Assembly (NCBI GenBank): GCA_965153355.1
Contig: OZ231126.1
Span: forward strand, 22,506,001-22,570,000
Length of the DNA stretch: 64,000 nt
Origin: Flaccisagitta enflata
Lineage: Eukaryota
Direction: 5' to 3'
In this document: piece by piece, positions 1-14,230 of the stretch
Numbering within the stretch: position 1 is the first letter of the stretch
How the letters are laid out: every line of letters starts with the position of its first letter
Notes under the pieces: generated by a model
The model's input: the letters and a program-made list of their open reading frames with translations, nothing else
The model's database searches: none
Told to the model about the DNA's origin: nothing
Made by a program: the position numbers and the translations under genes

Positions 1-2
1 CG

Positions 3-111
3 ACTTTCGATGGGCGGTTCCAAAGAGTTAGCGAAGCCTGCGTCTACAACGCGGCAAAACAATTCAGCCAAGCCTCTGGGACCCCCTTCTACCCGTGGAT
101 GGGTATTGTGG
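3..111 (+). CDS. 3' end of the first coding exon of a central-class Hox gene (Ubx/Lox2/Lox4-like hexapeptide exon); partial, begins before the window
   Basis: Frame 3 is open from the window start: TFDGRFQRVSEACVYNAAKQFSQASGTPFYPWMGIV-G, followed by a consensus GTAAGT donor at 112-117 (phase 1). FYPWM then G|intron is the layout of Ubx (FYPWMAIAG|) and lophotrochozoan Lox2/Lox4 genes. The ORF track misses it, and no homeobox was seen in the window. Confidence 0.75.
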
Positions 112-115
112 GTAA

Positions 116-310
<195 letters not shown>

Positions 311-581
311 AGAGAGGAGAGAACGATCCAAGATTGTACCAAAACCATTGTACTATCGTTGAATAGAATAATCAAGTTATCATCGGAAAAAAGCTGTCAC
401 TTGACTAAAAGCCATTTTGATAAGAATGATCAAAAATGATAGCTGAGTCTCGCCCTATCTTATCTATTTCTCATTTTCCCTACTATGTTCCTTGTTTATA
501 TATGGCGTCGAGATACAAGGATAAATCTAGAATACATTTCAAGTGACAGTAAACTTGGAAGAACACATGCTTACAATTTAC

Positions 582-906
582 CAGGCCTGTATATTCTTGA
601 GTTTTCCCCCCCCCCGGTGGGGGGGGGGAAAAAAATCAAAGGGTCTGGAGATGGGGAAGGAAATTAAAGGGGAGAAAAAGAGAAAAAAAGGAAATTTGGG
701 GAAAATATATCTTTTTACAGTACCAAATCATAAAACTCAATTAGTAAAACACAATTTAACACTATTTAAGCCTTAACTACATAGTTTTATTGCTATATGG
801 GGAAGAAAAACATGGATATAAAAACGCGACGCGACCCGGCGCGGGGAAGAAAATCAAAGGCAGGGGGGGGAAAAAATCAAAAGCGACTCAAGAATATACA
901 CCCCTG
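582..906. mobile_element. hAT-like MITE; related copy at ~18470-18727
   Basis: TIRs caggcctgtatattcttgagt / actcaagaatatacacccctg; 8-bp TSD caatttac at 574-581 and 907-914. Confidence 0.85.
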
Positions 907-1785
907 CAATTTACTTTTATTTTTAATCAAGCCCACTGCACTGTTCTCGTCTACTGGTTTTTCAATATACAGATTTTAAGCAATTCTATTCTTAAGCACT
1001 CATAAAGGGCAAAAGATATGTCTCCACTATGTTAAACTAATTCATCATTGAGACTTTTATAGTTGCGGAAACAAGACTCTATAGGAGGGGGGCGTAGGGT
1101 TTTTTTGGACGCCCCCGCTCACCCGTCCGCGTCACTTGTTATTGTGGTTAAGCGTCTTGAAAATGAAGACATCAACTTCATTAACCAGTTATTACGACAA
1201 ATGTGATGACCGATAATTCTTTTTATTTTTATCATTGTATCTACCATGATTTAATTCTATGACCGCTGAATGACCTCGCTACATGCATTCAGCGGTTAAA
1301 CCCAGATTTACTTAAAAGTGTGTGTCTATTCATATGTTTTATAATTCAAAATTTCTGCCGAGTTGATTTTACGGTTGAGCTTTATGAATCGGAAGGAGGA
1401 GATTTGGTTAGGAAACGTCGTTCGACATTCGTCTCAAAACAATTTGACAGTCATGACTCTTTCTCGTTTTTTTCTCTTCTTTATTATCATTATGATATTG
1501 AGGTCGGTCTCAGCTGAACTATTTTTTTTTATCATCTCATTTATTCTTTTTTATTCTTTATCTTTTTTATTTGCCTTTTTTTGCGTGAGATAGACGGTCA
1601 TTACTTATTTTCATGTTATGATCTCTTTTTGTCATCTTTTCTTTATGGAAGTATGACAACTGAATCAGCAGTATGACAATATTGATGAAACCAAGAGCAG
1701 TATGACAATATTGATGAGACCAAGAAGTCAGAGGTGTCTGTCTCTTCCTCTCTCTGTCTGACTGCCTGCCTGCTTGTCTGCCTGC

Positions 1786-1816
<31 letters not shown>

Positions 1817-2186
1817 TCCACGCACGTCCCTCCCAACGTTCCGACCTCCTCCTGACTTTTGTTTGACATTCATTTTCAAAAATGAAAACTGCAAGAAATT
1901 CCTACGTAATAATGATAACCTTGTGAGGCCATGGAGAAGGGGGAAAATGCATCTAGAAATGTGATTACACATTGTAAATCGCACCAACATGTAGTAATAC
2001 TTTCAGAGATTTTTGTTGTCGATAAAAATGCAATTCATGGGGATAGATCAAGAAATTTTGTTTACTTCTCCCTTAAAATCGTTTCAGGAAAAACTCTCGA
2101 AGATCAGAGGTCTCAGTTGCACACATACAAACCTGATAACATGTGTTACACAATTCATGCAACTGAAACACTTGGAGTAGAACTAT

Positions 2187-3458
2187 AACAAGGCCGGATA
2201 CACGGCTACCCTAGTCGCGTGCGGGTGGGAAGGAGCAGTGCTGGAGAAGGTCACTTGGGCATCTGGGCAGGGGTCGTATGCTCAAAAAGTTAAAAAACGC
2301 CGAAAAAGTAAATAGTCACAAAAGCGTTAGATGGTCAGCGGTACCCGTTGCCCCTCAGTGAGTTCATGTGAGAGTGAGGTGGTTAGAGGGGCAGAGGCCC
2401 CGAAGGGGCCGATGACCTGTGCTGTTTTCATTGCAGCTGGGATGTGAGCCATGGGGCTGGGATTTAAGCCTGGAGGCTAGGATTTGAGCTTTGAGACTGG
2501 GATTTGAGCCTCGAGACTAGGATCTAAGCCTCGATACTGGCATTTGAGCCAGGAAACTGGGATTTGAGCCATGGGAATGGGATTTTAGTCTCGAGATTGG
2601 GATTTCACCCTCCAGACTGGGGTTGTAGCTTTGAGACTGGGATTGTAGCTTTGAGACTGAGATTTGAGCCTCAAGACTGGAATTTAAGCCTTGAGATGGG
2701 GTTTCAAGCCCAGGGGGGGGGGGGGACGCTGGAGGAGAAGGAGAAATTTCCCCCTATGTGAAGGCATAGGTCATCGGCCCCTTCGGGGCAACTGCCCAAT
2801 AATCGCAAAAGCGTTAGATGGTCAGCGGTACCCGTATGTACCCCTGTATGAGGGTGTGAGATGGTGAGAGGGGCAGCGGCCCCGAAGGAGCCGATGACCT
2901 ATGCTGTTTTTATTTGAGCCTGGAGGCTGGAATCGGGGCCTTGAAGCTGGGATTTGAGCTTAGAGGCAGGGATTTGAGCCTCTTGGCTGAGATTTGAGCC
3001 TCGAGACTGGGATTTGAGCCTCAAGGTTGGAATTGGAGCCTCAAGGCTGGGATTTGGGCCTTGAGGCTGGGATTTGGGCCTTGAGGCTGGGATTTGGGCC
3101 TTGAGGCTGGGATTTGGGTCTCGACGCTGAAAGCGGGAGGGGGTAAGAAGGAGAAGGAGAAGAAGGAGAAGAAGGTGGAGAAATTTGCCCTGTGTGAAAG
3201 CATGGGTCATCGGCCCCTTCGGGGCCGCTGCCCAAAAAGGGGACCGACCGACCGACCGACCGACCGACCGACCGACCGACCGACCGACCGACCGACCGAC
3301 CGACCGACCGACCGACCGACCGACCGACCGACCGACCGACCGACCGACCGACCGACCGACCGACCGACCGACCGACCGACCGACCGACCGACCGACCGAC
3401 CGACCGACCGACCGACCAACATAGCAGGGTGTAGAGTCGCGAAGCACGCGACTTAAAA
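2187..3458 (-). mobile_element. Helentron/DINE-like non-autonomous element (family A) interrupted by two tandem family-B elements (~2312-3237)
   Basis: Family-A ends (aacaaggccggatacacggcta… and …tagagtcgcgaagcacgcgactt) and a (GACC)n core flank two copies that begin agtcrcaaaagcgttagatggtcagcggtacc and end ctgcccaa. Insertion is into A/T runs with no clear TSD. The class is inferred from structure. Confidence 0.7.
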
Positions 3459-3772
3459 GTATACTTGTAGTTGGCCCAGTAACCTGAAATTGGAACTGTA
3501 GTAACCAAAAGGTGATGAGACACTTCAGCAAAAATTTCATCCTACTAGCCCTGATTAAATCAAAGTGTGCTTTTCATGGTTTTACTTTCTGTGTCACAGT
3601 GCCAAAAGTTATGGAACACATGCTAATTGTTCTATTTCGTGCTTGCCCTTAATATGACTTTTGTCAAACTCAATTGAAGCAAAAGGATCTGCTGTGGCTT
3701 CTGTGCCATTTTTTGCTTGACACACACGACTATGACAAATCGTGAGTGTGAACATGGATGAAAACGAAAATA

Positions 3773-4604
3773 CAGTGGACTACCGCATTTTCGTCACCTG
3801 ATTTAACGACATTTCGGATTTAACAGCCAAGTTCTTTTAGTCTCAAATTTTTACAGGCTTTTCCAATGTTAATTTTACTCAATTTAACAACACCTGATTT
3901 AACATCCAAACCTGATTTAAAGTCGCTATTCTTAAGTCCCATAGATGAACTTAACCTGATTTAGTGACATCAACCTCTCAATAGATAATTTTCTGAAACC
4001 TAGAATTTTTATTTTAATACTAATAGGTCTTAATATACTCTCATACATTTGTTAACAAAATGAGGAGGAAATAAGTAAGAAATAAACACATATATTTTGG
4101 AACAAGAACTGAAAAAAATGCATGAAGACCTCAACTCCTCTTTCACTTTCTTTTTTAGTTTTTCTTTCTGATGATGATTCTTAAGAATCTAGGAAAAATT
4201 GTTGTTTTTTGAAAGCTTGCACTGTAATTCTCCATCATAAAAAAAAACTTTTGGTCAAACATAAAAACATTTTACAAAAATGATGCCATATCATGAACTA
4301 AGAGGTTTGTAATCAATTTTGTTTTAAATAATTTGATATGAAATTTATTACATATGATATTCTCTAACATACAATTATGTTATTTTATTTCTAATACAAA
4401 ATGAGGATATTTTTTTACTTATGCGTTGGTTTGTTGTCCAGTTGCACAAAAACTATAGTAAATACATATACAAACATATGAAAGTATATTTCAAAACTAT
4501 CTGAAATAAATGCATCTAAAACTATGAATTCGATTTAACAACACTCGGATTTAACGACCAAAATTCTCTGGTCCCTTCAAGGTCGTTAAATCGGGTTCCC
4601 ACTG
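3773..4604 (+). mobile_element. Tc1/mariner (pogo/Tigger-like) non-autonomous element
   Basis: ta|CAGTGG…CCACTG|ta termini with TA TSD and repeated gatttaac subterminal motifs; same family as 40405-41154 and 61395-62477. Confidence 0.8.
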
Positions 4605-4880
4605 TACGTGCAAATCAGAGTCTCCATTAGCGTGTGTTTGCATGTAAAGGAGGGCGTGAAAAAAAACGAGCACTGGTCTTTGTGGGATTGTGTAAGATTC
4701 TTTTTTGTGTTTTCATGCCACTCTATCGGCTTCACCCTCTTTCTCTCTCCTATCCTATCTCCAGTTAGCCTTTTTTTAGCGTCTCCTTTATCATTCTTTA
4801 ACGGAGAAGTTTACGGTTTGATCGCGCAAATAAAGAAATCCTATCATGACATCGAGCTTGTTTATCGACTGTTCCAGTGT

Positions 4881-5091
<211 letters not shown>

Positions 5092-5867
5092 GACGGTCGT
5101 TTCCTGATTTTACTTCCACATTTACGGTTATGGTGATGAGGCAAAAGGCAGAAAAGGAAGAAACGCAACCGTCGAATGTTGCTGTGCCCCCCCCCCAGTG
5201 AGGCGTAGAAGGAAGTGGTAGGCGGATTCAATAGTGAGACAAGTGACACGGGGTAACAATATCGTTGCGGACGGGTTAACAGGGGCGTCCAACTCCTACG
5301 CAAACCCCTTGCCTTCCATACAGTATGAAACGAGGAAATAAAGGTAGAAATAGAAGAAAGTTCAGAAGAACAAGAACAAAGAAGGCCGGATACACGGCCA
5401 TCAGTTGCGGACGGGTGGGCAGGGGCGGAAATGCAACTGTCCGCAACTAAAAATGTTCTAAAAACGCTTGTTTTTCCACTTTTCGACTCGTGCTGATGGA
5501 CGGATGGACGGACGGACGGACGGACGGACGGACGGACGGACGGACGGACGGACGGACGGACGGACGGACGGACGGACGGACGGACGGACGAAGCCTCTTA
5601 TAGAGTTGCGTGTCCGCAACTAAAAACTTGAAATTGCAGAAGAAAGAAAGAAAAAAATAAAAGGAAAAATGAAAAAAAAAAAGAGGTAAAAGAAATGACG
5701 AAGCACCAGACTGATTACGATTACGATGACGGCGCTGCACTGATGACGATGATAAATCATTTGAACAGCTTTATCTCAACAGGGTGTGACAATAGTGAAA
5801 AGAAATTATTAAGTAATAACGAGCAGGTTATCAACAAGCCTATCTGGGCAACTCGATGCGTCATGAT

Positions 5868-6275
5868 TTTAAGTGCGTCCTCGCACTTCTTTAAGAGGTC
5901 ATGTCCGGCGGGAGGTTGGTCGGTCCGGCAAACGGCTGATTCTGACGTATTTCTTCATTCTTATCACCCTTAATGCCTTACCACATTCATTTTCATTCAT
6001 TCATTCATTCATTCATTCATTCATTCATTCATTCATTCATTCATTCATTCATTCATTCATTCATTCATTCATTCATTCATTCCTTTATTCATTCATTCAT
6101 TCATTCATTCATTCATTCATTCATTCATTCATTCATTCATTCATTCTTTCATTCATTCATTCATTCATTCATTCATTCATTCATTCATTCATTCATTCAT
6201 TCATTCAGGAAAAACGTTCATTCACAAATTTTTAATCAAGCGAGGCGCACTTACTGGCCATCAATATAACTAGTT
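5868..6275 (+). mobile_element. Helentron/DINE-like element (family C) carrying (TTCA)n; reverse copy at ~25997-26318
   Basis: Both copies share the 5' hairpin aagtgcgtcctcgcactt, the (ttca)n core and the 3' tttaatcaagcgaggcgcactta. Confidence 0.7.
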
Positions 6276-6870
6276 TACGTTTAAGATTATTTGTCAACCG
6301 CTTTTCAAGAAGTTACGTATCTGCCCCTTAGAAATAAGCAATCATTGAACTTCGTTTTCCTATAACCTTCGGCAAAAAATCAAAGCAATACAACAATGTT
6401 CCATCTAACCGCAAAATAACCCTCATAAACATGAAAACCGCTTCCTAACCAATATTCGCGTCATTTATGAAGACTCCTCAGACCAAAGAGACGTCTATAT
6501 CCATATTACATTTTCGGGTCCATGTCTGGGCACCATAATCGATAAATGGATATGGTTTTAGACTATAAGGCTTCCGTGGCTGAGAGGCGATCTTTCGACT
6601 TAGGCCCTCCGAGTTGCCGACCATCTCCGGCTTCATAAAGCCAGATGGCGCATTCATAATCGTTAAAAACTCGAGGGTCATTGACTCGCGGGGGCAACGT
6701 CGGCCGAGTGGTGGTAAGGTAGTTGGTGGTGAAGACGGTGGTAGAATGGTGGTGTATGGTGGAAGAGTTACAAGGAAGGATGTGTAAGCAGAGGTGGTGG
6801 TAGAGGTGGTTATGGGGGTTAAGGTTGAAGAGGTATTTGTCGCAGGGTGGGACAGGTGAACTATCAAATA

Positions 6871-9583
6871 CAGTATGTTTATTCTCAAATGAAACGAAAT
6901 ATGATGGCATAAATCCTAAATGAATTGAGTTAATCAAATTTTGAAAAAAAGTTCCTGAAAGAGTATGGTCTGGCAATTGTTTGTGCCAAGTCTTAGCCTT
7001 AGATCTCAATTAGTCTAGCTTCAATCCGCATTTAAAGCAAAATTGTAAAAATCACAATATCACTTAATTTTCTTCTATTTTCAGTCAAAAAAAAATTGTT
7101 TTTTGAGATTTTTTAGTTAATTTGAACCAGTAAGCAAGAAAAACCTTATCTGCTATCAGAAATACCACATACATTGCCTGTTGAGATAAAGAATTACCAT
7201 TTTTGTTGAAACAAGGCCAACACCTATAAGTCGCGTGCAGGACAAAAATAACTGAACTGACCTGACTCCTTATTGTATCTTTTTATTGAAAATCAGACTT
7301 AAACGCAACCCAAAAAGACACAAACCAGACTCAAACCAGACTCAAACCAGACTCAACGGAGACTCAAACCAGAATTAAACCAGACCGAAACCAGACCTAA
7401 ATCAGACATAAATCAAACATAAACCAGACATAAACCAGATTTAAGCCAGACTCAAACCAGACTCAAACCAGACTCAAACCAGACTCAAACCAGACTCAAA
7501 CCAGGCTCAAACCAGGCTCAAACCAGGCTCAAACCAGGCTCAAACCAGAACCAAACCAGACTCAAACCAGACTCAAACCAGACTCAAACCAGAATTAAAC
7601 CAGACCAAAACCAGACCAAAACCAGACCTAAATCAGACCTAAATCAAACATAAACCAGACATAAACCAGACATAGACCAGACCTAAACCAGACCTAACCC
7701 AGACCTAAACCAGACATAAATCAGACATGAACCAGTCTTAAACCAGACTTAAACCAGACTTAAACCCGACTTAAACCAGACTTAAACCCATAAGGCAGAA
7801 AAGCCAATTGTTCTACTCATCATCTTCTTGTTAGCTAAGTATTGACCTTACTTCGATTTTCTAATTCGATTCTGGAAGATCTTGTAATACTTGTCATGTC
7901 CACCAATCCTGCAACACTATTTTCTTGCGTGAAATGATTTTAAAAATTTCATTCTCATTTGAATTTTCTTTCCTCTGAAGAAAGTCTATTAGTTAAATGG
8001 ACAGTAATCATCCCAGGAATCAGGCTGTTCAATCGAAATGATACTTATCATTAGTATCATTTAGACCAGCAGACTTAAACCATTAGATTTAAACCAGCAG
8101 ACTTAAACCAGCAGACTTAAACCAGCAGATTCAAACCAGCAGACTGTAACCAGCAGATTTAACCCATTAGATTTAAACCAGCTGACTTAAACCAGCAGAT
8201 TTAAAACCAGCAGATTTAAACCATGAAGACTTTACCATCAGACTTTACCAGCAGACTTTAACCAGTGAGATCAACTGCAGACTTGAACCAGCAGACTTCT
8301 GAAACCATGCACTTCAACAGCAGACTTTAACCAAAATGACCAAAATGACCAAAATGACCAAAATGACCAAAATGACCAAAATGACCAAATGACCAAAATG
8401 ACCAAATATCAAAATGACAAAAATGACCAAAATGACCAAAATGACCAAATGACCAAATGACCTAAATGATCAATACAAATAACAAAATGACCAAATGACC
8501 AGAATGACCAAAATGATCAAAATGACAAAAGTTAGATCAAACAATTGGAAATGACCAGAAAGACTAGAAATGACCTCTTTAAAAAATGACCAAATGACCA
8601 AAATGATCAAAATGATCAAAATGACCAAAAGATCAAATAACTAAAATGACCAGAAATGACCAGAACACCAAAAAATAACCAAACATCAAAATGACCAAAA
8701 ATGACCAAAAATGACCAACAATGACCAAAATGAATTCAAAATGACTAAAAATGGATCAAGGACTCAAAATGACCCAAAATGACCAAAAATGACCAAATTG
8801 ACCAAACAACTAAAAATCACCAAAATGATTCAAATGACTAAAAATCAAAGATGACCAAAAATGACCAAAAATGACCAAAAATGATCAAAAATGATTAAAA
8901 ATACTAAAGGATCAAATGATCTGCTGATTGTAAGTGACTCAGTAACACCTGATCAGTTGACAAAGATCAGCAAACACTTGTAACACCAGTTGGATTGGGG
9001 AAGATCGTAAAACATCAAGATCAAAATGATTAAACATTTCAAAAGCGACTAAAGCGATTTAATACTGAAGATCAAATGATCAAATACCACGTTGATCGAA
9101 GACTACAATAATCTCTTAATGATCAAAATATCAAATATCAAATAGATTGTTATCAATGATCAAAGATCGTTGACTAGCAAACATCATCGTTGATCAAAAG
9201 ATTAAATGATTAAGGATCTTGGCAAAGACTAAAGCACCACAATAAAATAAAAATGGATGAGGTTAATTTGACTTTACCCAGCACCTGGTAGTGCAGACCG
9301 AGGACCACCACACTGGAGGCGGCTGCAGAGCCGCGTGGCACGCGACATAGCAAAATTTAAAAATGTCATCTTTTGTCTCCCGTGGGAAATAGTAACAAAT
9401 AATAATTCATGTTTTATCTTCAAATGCAGATTGAAGCTAAACTATTTGACCCCAAAGGCTAAGATTTTCCACAAATAAAGGCCAGATATTACTCTTTCAG
9501 GAACTTTTTTCGGAATTTGATTATCTCAATTTGTTTTGGATTTATGCTGTCATCTTTCGTTTCATTTGAGAATAAACATACTG
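6871..9583. mobile_element. TA-flanked DNA transposon remnant with ~170-bp imperfect TIRs, containing a nested minisatellite element
   Basis: ta|cagtatgtttattctcaaatgaaacgaaa… at 6871 and its reverse complement ending …gagaataaacatactg|ta at 9583. Confidence 0.85.
7210..9355 (-). mobile_element. Composite-minisatellite Helentron/DINE-like element; inverted homologue at 11300-12733
   Basis: Shares a ~90-bp terminus (acaaggccaacacctataagtcgcgtgcaggac…) with 12640-12733, then ordered arrays (aaaccagactc)n, (aaaccagcagactt)n, (aaaatgacc)n. The right boundary is approximate. Confidence 0.7.
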
Positions 9584-9679
9584 TATAAGCTGGAGATGAT
9601 GAGTTTAGATGTTTGGGGTGGTAAAGTCGGAAGACGCTTAAGTAGTTGTGGTGGTAGTTTTGATGTGAGAAGCATGGGT

Positions 9680-9740
<61 letters not shown>

Positions 9741-9980
9741 GCCCGAAAAAGACGCTTATTGCCTCTGAACACGGAGATATACGAGATGCAGAGTTGTATC
9801 AGATTACTGTCTCAGTTGGAGAGAGGATGAAAGAAGAAGAAGAAGAAGAAGAAGAAGAAGAAGAAGAAGAAGAAGAAGAAGAAGAAGAAGAAGAAGAAGA
9901 AGAAGAAGAAGAAGGAGAACAAGAAAAAGAACAAGAACAAGAGGAAAAAGAAAAAGAAAAAGAAAAAGAGAAGGAAAAAG

Positions 9981-10271
<291 letters not shown>

Positions 10272-11299
10272 ACACACATACACACACGACCTACGGACTG
10301 AGTCTTCTCGTGTGTCGAATTTGGCGCTTAACATGTGACACATATGGAGAGACTGACGGACGAACAAACCGATAAAACGTCATAGTAGCAAAAGAGGCTC
10401 TCAAAAAAGTTTTGTCTCTCATTTGATTCAGTATAGGCCAAACATCAGCCGAGAAACGCGGTTTTTGCACAAGGGTAACGGACAGACGTAGTAGAAGATT
10501 GATACCCTGCCTAAGTAGGTTTTGCTTGAAGTTGAAGGGGTAGCAGTTGGGTGCTTCACATAGCAAAAGTTGATTATTTTTTTTCTTCCTCTTTACCCAA
10601 TGTGGAATGGTCAATTTTAGGACTCTTACCATTTTTCTTTATCAAAAATCGTTCATCTTCCGTTTTTTAGAAAATTGTTTTTGAGAGCCTAATTTGTATA
10701 TTACAGTGGGATAAACAAACATGCTGATCTTCTTTGAATAAGCTTTTACAAATTTCTGCTCTGTAAAGAATTGTTAATCTACCTTATCGCAAGCTCTTTT
10801 GTGATTTATGCTCTGATATCTCAATTTATTAGTCGCGTGCTACGCGACTCTACACCCCGCTTTGTCGGTCTGTCCGTCCGTCCGTCGGTCCGCCGGTCCG
10901 CTGGCTGCCGGTCGCCGGTTCGTCCGTCGGTCCGCTACGCCACTTTTTTTTTTTTTTGCGGTTTACCTCTGATTGCTGCCTAAATGATCTGGTGACCTAC
11001 CTTCGCTCCTGCCCACCCGCACGCGATCAGGCAGCAGCATCCTGGGCCTTGCTTTTATAAAATTGGGAAATCTGAAGAAACTTTAAGGCCAAAACAAAAA
11101 CAAAAGATGAAGGAATTTTGAAAAAAAGAAAACGGTCATCTTCATATTTTTTTCACTCTATATTGTATCAATGACATAAAAAAAAATCCAATTTTTTGCT
11201 ATATGAAGCGCCCAAATCCCTCGTAGTGACCGCAATTCTTAACTGTATCATCGGCCCTAGACACCATACGGCCGAAGTTATGAAGGAGGAATAATTTTT

Positions 11300-12733
11300 T
11301 AGTCGCGCACGCGACTCTACAACCCGCCTGTGCGGTTCGTTCACGGACGGTCGGTCCGGCCGTCCGCCTGCCCGTCCGCAATACTTTTGCTTTTTTGCGT
11401 CGTTTTTTGTCATTTTGGGTCGTCTGGAGTTATTTTGAATCATTTTTTTGGTGTTTTTGAGAATTATTGGTTGTTTTTGGTCATTTTTTATCATTTTTGG
11501 TCATTTTTGGTCATTTTTGGTCATTTTGGTCATTTTGGTCATTTTGGTCATTTTGGTCATTTCTGGTCATTTTTGATCATTTTTGATCATTTTTGGTCAT
11601 TTTTGGAGATTTTTGGTCATTTTTGGTCATTTTTGGTCATTTTTGGTCATTTTGGTCATTTTGTTCATTTCAGTCATTTTGGTCATTTTTGATCATTTTT
11701 GATCATTTTTGATCATTTTTGATCATTTTTGGTCATTTTCGGTCATTTTTGGTCATTTTTGGTCATTTCGGTCATTTTGGTCATTTTTGGTCCGTCCGCT
11801 GTTCGTCCGTAACACTTTGGTTTTTTTGCGTCGTTTTTTGTCATTTTGGGTCATCTGGAGTTATTTTGAATCATTTTTTTTTGTGTTTTTGAGAATTATT
11901 TGTTGTTTCTGATCATTTTTGGTCATTTTTGGTCATTTTTGGTCATTTTATTTTTGTCCATTTAGGCAAGAGGCCTTTTTGAATTATAAAAATGGTCTGC
12001 TGGTCTGCTGGCCTCTTTGAATTATAAAAATGGTCTGCTGGTTTAAGTCTGCTGGTTTGAGTCTGCTGGTTGAAGTCTGCTGGTTGAAGTCTGCTGGTTT
12101 AAGTCTGCTTGTTTAAGTCTGCTGGTTGGGTCTGGTTTAAGTCTGGTTTAAGTCTGGTTTTAGTCTGGTTTATGTCTGGTTTAAGTATGGTTTAAGTATG
12201 GTTTTAATCTGGTCTAAGTCTGGTTTAAGTCTGGTTTAAGTCTGGTTTAAGTCTGGTTTGAGTCTGGTTTGAGTCTGGTTTGAGTCTGGTTTGAGTCTGG
12301 TTTGAGTCTGGTTTAAGTCTGGTTTGAGTCTAGCTTGAGTCTGGTTTAAGTCTGGTTTAAGTCTGGTTCATGTCTGATTTATGTCTGGTTCAGGTCTGGT
12401 TAAGGTCTGGTTTTGGTCTGGCTAAGGTCTGGTTTACGTCTGGTTTATGTCTGGTTTATGTCTGGTTCAGGTCTGGTTTTGTTCTGGTTTTGTTCTGGTT
12501 TAGGTCTGGTTTAATTCTGGTTTGAGTCTGGTTTGAGTCTGGTTTGAGTCTGGTTTGAGTCTGGTTTGAGTCTGGTTTGAGTCTGGTTTGAGTCTGGTTT
12601 GAGTCTGGTTTGAGTCTGGTTTGGGTCTGGCTTGGGTCTGGTTTAAGTCTGATTTTTGATAAAAAGGTACAATAAGGAGTCAGGTCAGTTCAGTTATTTT
12701 TGTCCTGCACGCGACTTATAGGTGTTGGCCTAG
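11300..12733 (+). mobile_element. Composite-minisatellite Helentron/DINE-like element
   Basis: Starts with the tagtcgcgcacgcgactcta hairpin, has (ggtcatttt)n, (gtctgctggtttaa)n and (gtctggtttga)n arrays, and ends cacgcgacttataggtgttggcctagtt. Confidence 0.75.
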
Positions 12734-13033
12734 TTTTCTTTCTATGAGTTCATGTCCATTCGATTGATTTAGATTTTCTTTAGTCGCGTGCTACGCGACT
12801 CTATAAGCCACTTTTCGGTCTGTCGGTCGGTCGGTCCGTCGGTCTGTAACAAAGTTGTTTTAAAGGCTTTTTATCGCGTTTTTTATGTCTCTGGATAGTG
12901 GAGAAGATACTTAAAGTAGTATACAGCCATTTCAAATGTCTTTTTGAAAAAAAAAGTTTGTCTGTCTGTCTGCCTGACTTTTTTTGAAAGTGCCGACGCA
13001 CGCGACTCAGGTCTAATGACCTTGTTTATATGA

Positions 13034-14230
13034 AAAGGAAGAAGAATGGCATGTGTAAATATTTTGAAATTAGTATCAATGTTTTTTTTCTTGAGAATCA
13101 AATTTCTATAAACTACTGACAATAGATGAGACCTAGTTTTACGGTTACCAAAAGGTTGTCTAAAAGAAAAAAAATTATACTCTTTGCCATGATAGGTTTT
13201 AGTTCCCTGACTGCTGAGCTCCCATTGGAATGTGTGGCAACCCTCCGCAAAAGAGTAAAAGAGCGAAAGAGGAAAAAAATTTTTTTTTTTAAATTTTAAA
13301 GGAAGAAGAATGGCATGTGTGAATATTTTGAAATTAGTATCAATGTTTTTTTTTTCTTGAGAATCAAATTTCTATAAACTACTGACAATAGATAAGACTT
13401 AGTTTTACCAAAAGGTTGTCTAAAAGAAAAAATTTATACTCCTTGCCATGTTAGGTTTTAAGTTCCCTGACTTCTGAGCTCCCTTTGGAATGTGTGGCAA
13501 CCCTCCGCAAAAGAGTCTCAGTGAGGTCGAGAGCTATCTAGAAAAGTATTGAAGTTTCCCTTCTCTCTTGTGTTGGAGACGCATTTGGCACCATAAGTTT
13601 TTTTGAGGTAAACGTTTCAATGAATAGAAATCAAGAACAGGACGGGAATAAATAGTGTCGTCAGTCAGTCAGTAGTGGGTTATTTAAAAAAACTCAATGA
13701 AACGAGAATAAATAGCTATTCTAATTTCTGGTGGAGGCAGCAATCAAATGACTAGAAGTCAAAAAAGACGCGTAAATAAATAGTATCATCAGTCAGTAAG
13801 TAGTGAGTCATTTAAAAAATCAACGATGCGAGAATAAATAATTAATCCAAATTCTGGTGGAGGCAATAATAAGATGACTAGAAGTCGAAACAGACGCAGA
13901 AATAAATAGTATGGTCAGTCAGTCAGTAGGGAGTCATTTAAATATCAACGAAGCGAGAATAAATAGCTATTCTAAATTCGTACAGTTAAGGAATCAACCA
14001 TTAGTCCGGGAGTAAATAAATAGTAAGGTCAGTCAGTTGGTACTGGGTCATTTGAATAGAACGCAAACGGAAAATAAATACCCAGTCCAAATTCGTCCAC
14101 TTAAGGAATCAACCATAATGGGTCCAGGCCCTTTAAACTGGAAAAAAACATGCGGGAATAAATAGAAAAGTCAGTCCGTTGTCAGTGAGACATTTAAATA
14201 GGCAATAAGACGACAATAAATAACCAACTG
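13034..14230. repeat. Tandem duplication of ~220 bp (13034-13256 / 13298-13516) followed by a degenerate ~125-bp tandem array
   Basis: Two near-identical blocks aaaggaagaagaatggcatgtgt…ccctccgcaaaagagt, then repeated gaataaatag…gtcagtcag units. Confidence 0.75.

Noticed and set aside
1320-1517. ORF containing RKRRSTF as a possible homeodomain N-terminal arm
   Set aside because: No helix 1-3 residues follow.
6478-6888. Unique-looking minus-strand ORFs (136 and 148 aa)
   Set aside because: No recognisable domain or convincing splice sites; they partly overlap a TIR and low-complexity DNA.
7320-8900. Regular short repeats resembling a CRISPR array
   Set aside because: No unique spacers and no cas genes; eukaryotic minisatellite.
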